From contig NW_015161962.1 in assembly GCF_001447785.1 (NCBI RefSeq), positions 206,494-270,493 of the forward strand: a stretch of DNA of 64,000 nt. The letters are read 5' to 3'. A program made the position numbers and the translations under genes. Below, one piece after another: positions 63,659-64,000 of this stretch. Each line of letters opens with the position of its first letter. Within the stretch, counting starts at the first letter, position 1. The notes beneath the pieces were generated by a model. That model was given only the letters and a program-made list of their open reading frames with translations, had not been told where the DNA came from and searched no databases. This DNA is from Gekko japonicus. Lineage: Eukaryota.

Positions 63659-64000
63659 GTGAGTGGAGGGGCAGGGGGTGCCCAGTGCTGTGGGGGGGGG
63701 GACCCGAGGCCTCCTTGAGGTGCTCCCGGGTGGTTTTGACACTCTCTGAGGCCATGCAGAGCAAGAGCGAGAGAGCAGCACACGCAGTTTGGAGGGCTGT
63801 GTCAGGGTTGGGGTCCGGGAGTGGGGGTGCGTGCCGGACCCACCCGCTCGGCGTTGTGTGCTTCATGCCACTTGCCCTCCCCGGGAGAAGCCCAACCTCT
63901 CTGCAGGCAGCCACTCTTTACACCGCAGCCTCAGCCTCAGACAGGGAAGGGGCTGGATGTTGGGCGCCCGTTCCCTTCCCAAGGGGCTCTCGCTGGCAAG

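Overview
GC-rich vertebrate genomic DNA, almost certainly a squamate and probably a gecko (Sauria SINE, abundant MIR-derived Squam3-type SINEs, BovB, CR1, L2), from a gapped draft assembly. It is homologous to human 1q23.1. Genes with reconstructable GT-AG exon structures: ISG20L2 (-, complete, 344 aa), METTL25B/RRNAD1 (+, 8 coding exons, sharing a bidirectional CpG-island promoter with ISG20L2), the last two exons of MRPL24 (-, tail-to-tail with METTL25B; 5' exons presumably in an N gap) and the first three coding exons of ETV3 (+). Where HDGF is expected next to MRPL24 there is instead an unrecognised spliced minus-strand gene candidate (acidic segment plus a helix-CxxC-coiled-coil segment faintly like the LEDGF/HRP2 integrase-binding domain), followed by ETV3 in inverted orientation, which suggests a rearrangement breakpoint. 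The rest is nested transposons (Ty1/copia 3' end with LTR, solo LTRs, hAT MITEs, LINEs, SINEs), two retroposon-derived tandem arrays, a perfect 451-bp duplication carrying NRF1/IRF motifs, and a ~250-bp near-identical inverted copy bounded by SINEs. Family and orthologue assignments rely on remembered sequences; no searches were run.
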